Positions 50,764-61,893 of a DNA stretch of 64,000 nucleotides are shown here, piece by piece. Numbering within the stretch: position 1 is the first letter of the stretch; the number at the start of each line of letters is the position of its first letter. The DNA is from Dicyema japonicum (Eukaryota; Animalia; Dicyemida): assembly GCA_011109175.1 (NCBI GenBank), contig RDEW01000083.1:75364-139363 (forward strand), in the 5' to 3' direction. A program made the position numbers and the translations under genes. The notes under the pieces were generated by a model. It was not told where the DNA came from. It made no database searches and was given only the letters and a program-made list of their open reading frames with translations.

Positions 50764-52515
50764 TCAATTTACTAATTTGTCCTTCACAAGTGAGTTACCC
50801 ACGTGGTATTTCATATGCTGAATTTCCATTTTGTATCTATTTTTTATTTTATGATACTTTTTCAGATTTTTCTCTATGAAACTTTCTAGTTTTACGATTT
50901 GTGACTCCAATCGACGATTCTCGGCCTTTATTTGTTCCAGCGTTTCTTCAAGGTGGATGCTAAGCCATTAAGAAACAACTTATACTTTTCCTGTTTACTG
51001 TTAATGCTAGAGAGTTTATCCTACAAGGATTAGGAAGGAGAACTTTTAGTTTCATGTTTTCCAACTCTAACTGAGTCATAGTGAATTCATCCTTAAGACT
51101 TTTCTCGACTTTGATGTTCCCTTTGTCTCCACTGAGGACTGAACCTTCGTCCACGGAGTCGTATCCGATTTCGAAGGTGTCGACGACTTGTAGCTTGAGG
51201 GACCTAGATTATCGATCATCTTCACTTGTATGATGTCAACAGCTTCTGATGTCGTCCAGTCAGCTCCGCGAAATTGGTCCTCGTGGTCTGAACGGCCTCA
51301 CATAGCTGTTGTTCTCTCGAATTGTGGGCATTTTTCATATCCTCAAGCATCCTTTCGACGTACTCAGACATCTTCTCAGAGATCACTGACTCGTTTGCGT
51401 TAGAGACATCATCCAGGAACTCCTATAAATATCTTTTTTTGGATCGAATAGAACTAACGGCTATGTGGGTTCATCCAGTTTTCCAAGATGTGCTTGAATC
51501 TGTCGATCCACGTGCGTGAACGGTTCTGAATCATATTGTACTCGCTTTCCAGATTTTGTAGCTGATGCCGTTTTATTATCAGCTTCTAAAACTCCGTAAA
51601 TCAAAAACCGATGTCAAATCGCATAGTTTCTCCTGTTTTTCCTTAGTCTCGACTTAGCTGTGCACAGTTGGCTTTGCACGTCTTTTCTAGAAAATTTTTT
51701 TCAACGTCAAACATTGTCTTTTTCAGCTTAATTTGCTGAGTTTCATAGTTTGCACGGATTCGTTCGATTTCTTCTCGGAAATGTGCTCGGTTGGAGTGAT
51801 ACTGCCTTATTACAACTCACTACCTCCTGTTCTATTTTGAGCTGGTCGTATTCGGAAATTGTGGGACGTCTCCCGTGCTTTGTAGCTGAGGTGGAAGATT
51901 TCTATGCTAAACTATTTTAGTCAACAAGAAAATTCCGCGGGTTTTTCATCTTCTTTCCGAAAACTGTGGATACTTTTTCTGATTGACTCAATCGTGTTCG
52001 TGTGGTCAAAGTGAGATGACTTTAGTAAGCTCACAAAATGATTGTAGAGTTCGTCGTTTTTCTCAGACTAAAATGAGCCCAGCAAAAACCAATTTGTTGC
52101 AGTTTTCTGTGCTTATTACAAGTTTTTCCTTTGTCAGTTCCAAATCTCTGGTTGCCGAATTGAAGTGATCTTCTGCAGACTTTCTTCTTTCTTTTTCTTG
52201 GAAGAGGGCTGTCTTAAGGGAGTTTACTTCTTCCTCAAAATCATTAATGGCATTTCGAGGGACAACAGTTTTGTTGGAGTGGTCAAATTTCTGTATTTCT
52301 AACTCCTGATTCAAGGCGTTGCATTTGATTTCGGTTTCTACTAAAATCTTTGATATCTGCTATTTGTAGGGGAAACTAACCTCGAGTCTCTCCTCCTCAG
52401 ATTTGAGAAGTTCGTCAGAAAGAGTGAATTTGATATCCGAGCTTGATTGTAGAGCATTTTGAAGCTGTTCCAGTTTGTCAACTAACTTTGTATGTTTGGC
52501 ATTCATTTCTGTCAT
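50764..52515 (-). CDS. CCDC78: CCDC78-like deuterosome/centriole coiled-coil protein
   Basis: LKSEEERLE|ISKILVETEIKCNAL (DUF4472-like), YVERMLEDMKNAHNSREQQL...LTGRHQKLLTSY and FIEKNLKKYKMEI match CCDC78 segments in order. Many short introns. The middle exons and 5' end are approximate. Confidence 0.78.
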
Positions 52516-52640
52516 TTCGAATAGTTCGTGAATTGTTTTATATATTTTGTCATTTGTGTGCTTACTACCAATCAATACTGTAATTAAGCTGAGAGCTATA
52601 GAAGTATTGATATAACAAATTGTCATGGAGATTTATTGTG

Positions 52641-52970
52641 TCCTCTAGATATTAAAGTTACTCAATCCTCATATCCCCTAGATATTAAGGTTACTCAATC
52701 CTCATATCCTCTAGATATTAAGGTTACTCAATCCTCATATCTAGATATTAAGGTTACTCAATCATCATATCCCTAGATATTAAGGTTACTCAAGCATCAT
52801 ATCCCCTAGATATTAAGGTTACTCAATTGTTGTGTCCTCTAGATATTAAGGTTACTCAATCCTCATATCCCCTAGATATTAAGTTACTCAAGCCTCATAT
52901 CCCCTAGATATATAAGGTTACTCAATCATCGTATCCCTAGATATTAAGGTTACTCAATTGTTTTGTCCCT
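52641..52970. repeat. 33-bp minisatellite, about 10 copies
   Basis: Unit cccctagatattaaggttactcaatcctcatat. Confidence 0.95.
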
Positions 52971-52971
52971 A

Positions 52972-54637
52972 GCAAAAGGTGGCTCTTTCATTTTTTAATA
53001 ATCAAACATTTTTACACGTCTAAATTAAATTCTGGTTGTATATTGATATATGCCCAACAATAAACAAATTAATAATACACATTTCCAATCTGAATGGACT
53101 GAATCTTTCCCATTCACTTTAACTCAAAACAACTACCAAAATCCTCACTTGTCAAAAAATTCTGAACAAAAATAAAAAATCAAATTTGGAAAGGCATTTT
53201 AAAACAAAGCATGCGAATTTTGAAAAATTATCTAATTGGAGACTCAGAAAGAGAGCTGCTGAAGAACTTGCAAAAAATATTCAGATTGAGAGTTCAGTTT
53301 TTAAAAATTGGCAACAGTCTCCAGGAATGCAAATATTACCAGTTTTTTGATAAGTCACGAGATCGCAAAAAAGGGAAAACCTTTTACTGATGGTGAATTT
53401 ATGTTTTATTAAAACATGTAAAAACTTTTTCACTAATTTTCAAATAAGACAGAATTGTTCGTTATGTGTCTCAAGGCTTCTTTAGATAAGAACTTTTGGC
53501 CAATGTTGCCTCCAAAAGGTCAAACTTGTGGTAAAGATTTCGTCGGCACAGTCGTAGAATATCTGGAAACGAATTTTATTCGACTTAATAGAACCTTATC
53601 AACTTCAACTGACGGTGTGCAAGCATGCTAGGATCGAGAAAGGGATTTATCACTCTAATTCACGGGAAAATTGACCATGAAGTGATTACGCTACATTGTA
53701 ATATCCACCAAGAAGCACTATCTGCACAAACATTTCCAGAAGAAATTTTAAAAGCGATGGAATTGGTGACAAAAATTACTAACTTCATTTTATCAAGAGT
53801 AATATGTTATTTATTTTCTATTTAAGGGACTTGGCCATCGACTGTTTAATGAAATAATAACAGCCTTTTCACGAGAGCCATAGTATTTATAGCTCCGCAT
53901 AGGCAGGACACACACTTTATTTAAGTAAAGAACAGTTAATTTTAACTAATCGTAGAAACAAGGAATGATCTTCACTTCTTTTTTTCTTTTTCTTGTGTGT
54001 GGGTCCTTTCTAGACAATCCAGTTCCGCAGTGAGTATCCACTGATGACGGCGTCACTCGTCAAGCCACTGTTTAAAGATTTGTTAAAAAAACGAACAATG
54101 AGTATATCGATCTTCTCCAGTACAAGTTCGTTGGCTTTCGAGAGGGAACGTTCTCAATCGGTTTTCTTCTTGTGTACAAAAAGTCAAATTTTTTTTTAAT
54201 GAGAAAAAAATTCCTGATTACGAATTAAGTGATGACCTGCAGAAGTTTTATTTTATGGTTGACGTAACATCAGAACTAAACCAACTAAATTCAAAATTGC
54301 AAGGAAGTGGAAATATAGCATTTTCCATGTTTGAGGAAGTGATGTTGTTTGAAAAAAATTAATTCTGTTTGAAGAGGACATAGAACGGAATATTTTACAT
54401 TTCCGTAAATTACGTCGATATTAGAAGAAAATAATAAAGTTATAAATAAAACTTATTTTAAAAATGGTCTTTTGCGTATGAAAGAATCTTTTAATGACAG
54501 GTTAAAAATTAATGTTTAAATATTTAAAGGTTTGAGGATTTTAGAAAAAAAGGCAACTCTAGGTGGCTCTTCAATTTTTTGTAATTTCCAAAAATGTTAA
54601 AAAGTGGCTCTTCTCCAAAAGTATTTTCCGACCCCAG
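52972..54637 (+). mobile_element. hAT (SPIN/GTF2IRD2-like) transposon, decayed, with right TIR retained
   Basis: WTESFPF, KKSNLERHFKTKHANF, KPFTDGEF, STDGVQAM and LHCNIHQEALSAQ. The right end is ...aaaagtattttccgaccccag. Confidence 0.85.
53885..54068 (-). repeat. SINE/LTR-like repeat fragment nested in the hAT element
   Basis: Shares ctgatgacggcgtcactcgtcaagcc and the acactttatttaag tail with the other copies. Confidence 0.7.
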
Positions 54638-54643
54638 CCCTAA

Positions 54644-54850
54644 GTCATGGAGATTTATTGTGTCCCTTAGATATTAAGGTTATTAAAAATTGTAACCACT
54701 AGGTAGTAAAGTTCTCAACATTGTGTCCCATAGGTAGTAAGGTTACACAATCATTGAGTTCCTAAGTAGTAAGGTTACTCAATCATTGAGTTCCTAGGTA
54801 GTAAGGTTACTCAATCATTGTATCCACTAGTAGGTTACTAAATTTGCTAG
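54644..54850. repeat. Degenerate second array of the 33-bp minisatellite
   Basis: Starts with the same gtcatggagatttattgtgtcc lead-in as 52622. Units cctaggtagtaaggttactcaatcattgagtt. Confidence 0.8.
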
Positions 54851-54999
54851 ATAGACGCAAAGGCTAACCTAAAAATTAACGGAAAGTATAAATTAGATAC
54901 TTGATTCCTAGATAACTCAGTCCATATGACAATTCGTTAAAAATTTATATCGAAAGACGTACAACACTGGTTGCCCCTGTCAGATGTACTAATTCTTAC

Positions 55000-55700
55000 A
55001 TAGTTAAGGTTTCACTCCACAGAAAACAAACCTGGCAAAAACGTTTTTCGACTCTGAGACAAGAACAACCATATTAAAAATTCTTATTTGGTAATGGGCC
55101 GTTTACCTCCCAAGTGTGTCTAATCGTGGAATTAACGTCGAACAAAGATGGGGACTACCGAAAGAGGCCGTATCTTCCTTTTAATAAATGGTGGTGATTT
55201 TTGGTCTTTGAATGGTAAAGTCATCAGATACACAAAGTAGTCTCGAATAGACCGTCGTTTCTGCTTCATAGACAGTAATCGTCTGCCTTGAGACTGTGCG
55301 TGGTTGCCGCTGATAATAACTTTATTTTTTACGTCAAGTGAGAATTTAAACGTTTCAACGTAGTTCGAAATAAATTATGCTTCTGGGTGCCGGTACTGGT
55401 CTTAAAATTGACAATGTGAATCTTAATCAGTTGCAAAAGCGGACAACCAAGTATTTCAACTTCCCATGTCCCTTCTGTCGCTAACTCAAATAATGAGAGA
55501 ACAAATTTTCTCAGAAATAAAATTATTGATTTATCCTGTTGTCCAGAAAGGATTTTTTCTCTCTCGGCTGCTGTAATCCTGAGAAGCGACTCAAGTTTCT
55601 TTTGACCTACCCACGCCACTACGAAATCCTCAAAAAGAAGATTAACATGGGCAATGGAAGGCAACAAGAACTTTGATATATCAAGAATCGCAAGATTACT
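55000..55700 (-). CDS. Putative unassigned gene, divergent from MRPL49
   Basis: A 112-codon open frame with helical character (55329-55667), bordered by plausible short introns. No family was recognised and the structure is unresolved. Confidence 0.3.
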
Positions 55701-56000
55701 TAATTATCGATTTTTATTAGCACGCATAAGAAAGAAGTCATCAGCAAACAACTAAATGTACCCAGTTTCCGTGATCATGAATTTTATTAGCTCAGAAATT
55801 AAGTAAGGTTAAACGTGGGGGACAGTTGAAGTACTATGGGTATTTCCTGCCCGCGACAGCACTAACCACAATCTTAAATTGTATTATTTATTGTTATTTA
55901 TTATTTAACACCCAAGACCACGGTAAAAACCAAAACTAACTGTATAAAAAATAATAAAATAATAAAATATTAATATTTAAAAAACGATTTTAGAGGATCC

Positions 56001-56614
56001 ATGTTGTCTAAGCTGGTATTTGTCCTAACTTCATAAATCGTTCAGAGAATCCCATTTGGACTCCGTAATTTGTCCGTTCCCCCGTTTACATCACTCCGGT
56101 AGAAAACCTGGAGTTCAAGGTCGGGAAAATAAAGTCTAAACCCAAATTCGGTACTCTTACAAACTACGAGATTTCTTCTGACGATTTTAAGTGGGCTAAA
56201 CGACTAAGCAAGAGTATTACCGTCCCTGAAATTCCCACCGAAATGGAGGGGATCAGTCCATCTGGGTGGTTTCCTCCACGTGGTATGAATAACAGGTCAC
56301 CATTTAGTCAAATCCCTGAGTGAGTCCCCTTATATTGTGAGAAGAACCCGATTCCACAACTTCCCAGTTTTCCTCGAACAAAGATTGAAGGGGACCCGGA
56401 AGTTCACGTTGATTAAGAAAGTCGAAGGGGACATTTGGGTAACGATTATTTCTTGTGTTAGAAACTGAGGGACGAACTCTGGACCTACATGTCAGAGAAT
56501 AACAAGAAACAACTCCCAATTGGCATACAAGTGCACGAGGTCTCCCAGTTACTGAGGATTTATGGAGATTGGTGTTCTGTTGCTTCTAAGTTTTTGACTT
56601 TGCGTGGATTTTAG
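56001..56614 (+). CDS. MRPL49: Mitochondrial ribosomal protein L49 (mL49)
   Basis: SSDDFKWAKRL, SPSGWFPP, PYIVRRTRFHNFPVF, TLIKKVEGDIW|KL and QVHEVSQLLRIYG...LTLRGF*. This is missed by the ORF track because of three short introns. Confidence 0.9.
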
Positions 56615-56879
56615 TAAATTTTGACTTTTTACGTTGAGTTTGGTCGTCGAGTTTAGTTGAAGAAGCTGACCTGTGGAAACTTGGTTTTGCGTTCTAGGAT
56701 GGGTTTTGTTAGGCTGAACAGATATGGGACTGTTAATGAACGCCGCTTCTCCAAAGACAAATACGAGTGGAATGATTATGCCTACAAGAGGTCACACCCT
56801 GAGGTACGTGATCTTTCAATTATAATATTTTACTTATTTCAAATCCAGTAACACCGTTTGCGATGATATTGAGTGTGCA

Positions 56880-57060
56880 TGCTTGGTGGCAAGTACTGTC
56901 GAACAGGTCTTCCATAGGTGAAACACTATGAAGATCACATGCAATGTTATGCAAATTATGTGACCCCGAACTACCGTCGATGGAAATCCGACGATCGTGG
57001 ATGAGACTATTAGGTCACATTTTGAGGATGGACCTGAGCGTATTAGCAAATCGTCCCCAG
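56880..57060 (+). mobile_element. Short RTE 3' remnant
   Basis: RRSWMRLLGHILRMDLSVLAN. Confidence 0.55.
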
Positions 57061-57149
57061 TTTCCTACATGTTATCAAACTGGGGGGGTTAATAATTTAA
57101 AAGCAATTATCAAAATGGTAGTATTTTGGCTATATTGGTGCATATAAAT

Positions 57150-57352
57150 TATAGCCCTGCCCAAGAAGTAGTAATGTTTCCATTACTTAAACCTCAGCTT
57201 AGAAAGAACTCACACTTTATTTAAGAAGTAGGAGTAGACATGCTAATTAATCAAAGACGCTGAAATTTTTCTTGACTTTTTGCTTTTGTGTAAGTCCAGA
57301 AGACAATCTAATTCCGCGGTGATGAAACACTGATGACGGCGTTACTCGCCGT
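57150..57352 (-). repeat. SINE/LTR-like repeat fragment
   Basis: Shares cacactttatttaag and cactgatgacggcgttactcg with the other copies. Confidence 0.6.
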
Positions 57353-58132
57353 ACTTTATTAAAAAATCTCATTCTACGTTGCCTGAAAACCAGATTTAAA
57401 CCCGAAAACATTTTTAATTGCATTATTCTGTATTTTAATTAAGAACATACCATAAAATTAAAAAAGGTCAAATTTTAACGTAAAGTCATTTTTAGGTCAA
57501 TTTTTGAATTAATAAAGTCAAAAAACCATAGTTATTATTTTTATTTATTATTTAAAACCAAGAATCGCCGACATATTAAAAAGATACGTGGCCGTTAGGT
57601 GTCTCGGCCTTCTTTGACATCCGCCTCATTTTCTCAAGAGACACTCCTCATCCTTTCACGGTGTTTATCCCGAGAACCGATGCACTTCCTATACGTACGG
57701 GACACTTTACTTTATTTTGGATTTAGCAATCAGGCTCCCGTCCCCCTCACAAGTTCCTCAAACGGAGTTGGCATTAAGCGTGAGTTTCATAAGCTTAGCA
57801 CAGTCACAACTAATTAAGGAAGGAATCTAAGGGAGAACGTCTGCTTGTTCTCATCAAATCAATCCTCCAATAGCATTACAGGCTTCCGCTTCAGAAGAAA
57901 GGTGAAGAAGTAGGTATGCCCTCTTCCATTTTCTTTGCTGGTCCTCCGTCATGGACATCACTTCATTCTTTAGTGAAGAGTATTCATAATGTAAAATCTT
58001 CAACAGTGGATTTTCCAAGGAGAAAAACATAATAATTATATTTACTCGTATTTACTTTATTAAATTAACCATTAATTTACTGTGGTTAACCGATATTTAA
58101 AATTCAAGTAAAATAATTAATTGATTGCTAAT

Positions 58133-59347
58133 ATGTCGAAGCTTTATGAGACGGTAGCTTCTCTAATAATATTCAGAAACACACAGTGAAAACTAACAAG
58201 AATTGGTCTTTCAACGTCTTTGTTCAGGGATCACTTGACAAGAGCGAGAAAATCATAACAGTCCACGACTTGGGCTGCAATCGTATACGCATTTTTACCA
58301 TTCAAGACACGAGTTGGCACAAATTTATCTGCCACAATTCAATGGACGAAATCAGGGATCAGGTCTGCTGGATCCATGTGGAAATCCCTGGACAGGGGTA
58401 CCGAGAACAAGATTTTCCTGACAAGTATGTTTTAAGTGCACCTTTAGCTACCAGTTTCCTTCGATGGAGGAGATGGGGATCGAGCTGTCTTGTGTGGCCC
58501 AGTATTTCAAGTAAATTTCCCATTTATGCCAGAATACAGAACTGCGTGTGCCTGGGGGAAGGAGCTGGTTCCAACATTATTGCAAGATTTGCTGTATTCT
58601 GGTTTTTTACGGTAGTTTCTATTCCCTGACTACGTGATTGGAGTTTGCCTGATACATTGCACATCCACCACGGCCGGTTTCTCCGAAACCATGAACGACC
58701 GGGTTTGTTGGGGGTAATGATTACAGATCATAAACTGGAGACTCCGTGGAGAGGGGATGAATAAGAAAGCGGAGGCTTACCTTGTATGGCACAGATTCGG
58801 AAATGTTTTCGGTGATTTCACTACGGTAGTGTCAAGACCGTAGCAGCTCTGACGCGATCGACGACTTTTGTCGCGAATTATACAAATCCTTGAGTTCACG
58901 GAATCTGAGTATGTTCATTGAATCCTTTATGAGGTACTGGTCACGTGTTTTGTTAGGCGGTCGGCTTTGACGGATAGAATGCATCTATTGAAATGTAATG
59001 TGCTGGTGGTGACAGGAACCCTGGCCTCTCACAACCACACGGTACAGACGCTGTTCGAGAGTTTGTTGTCGTCGCGGAAAACGTTGGAGGAACGACGAAG
59101 AATCGAGTATCTCCCTATTTCTGACGTGGCGAACGTGTGTGAGCAAGCGGTAGTGGTTGAATTATTTTTAGCCTCAAAAATTCTCGGAGAGCTTCCAGTA
59201 CTTCGTTCAGGGTCTGGGAATAGGTGAGAGGGGGACTGATTGGTAGGGAGTAGCATCCCACTGAGACATAATGACCACATCTATGCGAGAGGGAGTTCGA
59301 TGACACAGGTGGAGGAGGAGTTGTCCCGGAGAATTTCGATGAGCTGA
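58133..59347 (+). CDS. NDRG: NDRG family alpha/beta-hydrolase-fold protein, 11 exons
   Basis: Ten introns of 22-25 nt give an intact frame: ITVHDLGCNH, WIHVEIPGQG, YQFPSMEEM, LGEGAGSNIIARFA, LKCNVLVVTG and EQA|PQKFSESFQYFVQGLG. Confidence 0.92.
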
Positions 59348-61198
59348 CTTAACGTTAACAATACTAATAATACTTAACATTATTCACTAAACTTGTTAAT
59401 ATTATTGATTATTTAGTGGTTAATTAATGGGTTGTTTAGGTTCTCAAAGGGGGAGACTCAGTCGTATCAATTTGCGGTTTGATGGTCTCTGATAATCAGG
59501 GATTCGTGGAGGATATGGTGTTGGTCTCTGATTACGTGGCCTAATAGAAAGAGACGTTTAGAATATGGTGGTGAGTTCTGAGTGTAGTCTAATGGATGGT
59601 GTATCCTGAAGATTACGTAGGTGATTCTAAATCCGTTGTTCAATAGTATTTATTGCAACAGGAAATTCTTGGGGCATGACTTATTGTTAATGAATCTGTG
59701 GTTTAATTAGTATTCACGGATTATAAGAGGTTCTTGAAGACCATTTTGGGCGTGTCCTTTCTACCGGTATGGCTGAGTTATCGGTGTAGTATATTGGTTA
59801 AGCCGTCAACTACTGGCTCCCTACAAGACAGAAATATCAAAGCTGGGCAAGACGGAACTCAAACCGAAATATTCAATGCTTACATATCTGATTTCTCTCG
59901 AGTCCAAGAATAGGCACAAGTTGTTACATCCATATTGAATAGATGAAGACAATAAGAATATGTGACTCCGCGCCAGAGATATGTCACCATCCGACTAATT
60001 AATTCCATAATCTTCTCAGTGTAACTGATTGACTCGCTAATTAAATTCTAGTCGATTTAACTGATTGCCATACCTTGACGATTTCGCATTTATAAAAATG
60101 TTTGAAACCACTTTTCCGTCAGATTTTGCGTCAATCGACCATAGCGGTTTCTGTGGAAAATATTCTTATAAATTTTAAAATTTCTGTTCAATTATTCATC
60201 CCAGTATTGGAACAAATATAAACATGTACGGAAAAGTAAATACCCTGGCAAAAAAACCCACGTGGATACTTTTCAGAAATGAAGAGGATAGTTTTATCTT
60301 AATTTATTAACCCCGATACACCGAGAAATTAAAGTAAACAACTAATTAAGTGTATCCAGTTTCCACTTCCATACTTGCAGTTGTGGAAACCCCTCCAGTG
60401 GGGTAGGGGAGAGCAAATGATCCTTTTTCGTGCTGGCCTGGCACTGAGCACCACCTAGACAGGTGGATCACATGACGCCACTCTAACAGGAAGGGAAATG
60501 GAAGGAACAAACAAAACAAGCAGAAAACTTCAACCAATTAGCCACGTAGCAACACATGGGCCACGCGGTGAATCTTCTTAAAGAATTTAGTTACCCCCGC
60601 CACCCTCACTAACCAATAAGAAATTAACAACCTTCAAGTGCTCAGCTTGGATTTCTGACCCCTCCTATAAGTTTCTCAGTGTGAGTGGGAACCAAATCAA
60701 AAGAGAATCTCTCTAAAAATATATAACTATGTCAGGGAGGATGGTCCAATAGCCTGAATTAGAAGAGATAATCTTAGAGAGGGATCGGCTGTGAAAACAT
60801 AGAAATAGTTTTATGAGGTACCTGTGTGTTGAAAAATGGTGGACTCTATTGGACAGAATGCAGATTACCTCTTGAGAATTCAATATTTAATCAGCTTTTA
60901 TTGATTCGGAAATGTTAGAGCCTGCTATTTATAAATCTTTCAATGATTTCTTTGATGGGATTATTTATTTAATAACCACTAATACGCAGAAATAAGTTAA
61001 AGTTAATTGACATCTTTAAGGTCCATCTAGTTTCCTCCGGCAGAACAAGACGCGATTTTTGCAAACAAGTCCATTCATCTCCACGGTTGTGATAACCTTT
61101 ACAGTGAAGTAGGAAAGAGAGATCTTTTTTGATGCCGGCAAGGCACTGATCGTCTCTTGAGAGAGGTGGATCGTTTAAGTCTTTTTGGATTTAAAGAA

Positions 61199-61266
61199 NN
61201 NNNNNNNNNNNNNNNNNNNNNNNNNNNNNNNNNNNNNNNNNNNNNNNNNNNNNNNNNNNNNNNNNN
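61199..61266. other. Assembly gap (68 N)
   Basis: Run of N flanked on both sides by near-identical tttttggatt(t/c)aaagaa. Confidence 0.98.
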
Positions 61267-61893
61267 TTTTTGGATTCAAAGAAGACAACACAGAGCACTG
61301 AGAAATCCTTTCACCAAGCACCGGTGGGGGGAATCAAACACACAACTGTCGATACGAGTAACAGGACTAACCGCTATGCTTTGGTAAGATGGAGCTATTT
61401 TACTTGCAAAAGTGAATAATTCCCATTATTTGATTGAAATGGATTTGTAGGCTTGATTTCACTTTGTTCAGAGTCAGTCACATAATTAGGCAGCATTATC
61501 AACAGACCCAGCTCTGCCACCTTCACCCCCACGACCAAAAACTCATCTAATATAATCGATTAACTAGCGGTTTCTATGGTAAAATTCTGTTTGGTACTGA
61601 AACTGTACCCTGCCATATTCAATGGGAGCTGATCGCCAAAGACCGTCCGTACCATTGAGGTTAAACATCCTGAGGGAATAGCCACACAATTAGGGCCATC
61701 ACTGTTTGATCCTCGGCTGATAAAAATTTCGCCTATTCAGCCTCGAGAGATATAACTTTTCTTCTGCCTTTTGAAGGATTGCGAATGTCTACGCGGTTGG
61801 AATAATTATAAAGGCGTGGAAAATAATTTTAACTAGTTTTGCTCAAAAGAGAGATTTTCTCAAGTTGATGAGACTCGTAAATAAAATTAATCG

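Noticed and set aside
47191-52515. Myxozoan origin
   Set aside because: Genes for axonemal dynein assembly and centriole amplification are not expected in non-ciliated myxozoans. This is inference, not proof.
52641-52970. 33-bp repeat of CRISPR-like size
   Set aside because: Head-to-tail tandem units without spacers make it a minisatellite.
56657-56851. 64-aa ORF after MRPL49
   Set aside because: No recognisable family, the start is non-ATG, and it is cut by an RTE remnant.
59440-60090. Possible minus-strand gene downstream of NDRG
   Set aside because: No consistent spliced frame could be assembled.
61180-61285. Short repeat flanking the N run
   Set aside because: Probably a scaffold-gap overlap artefact.
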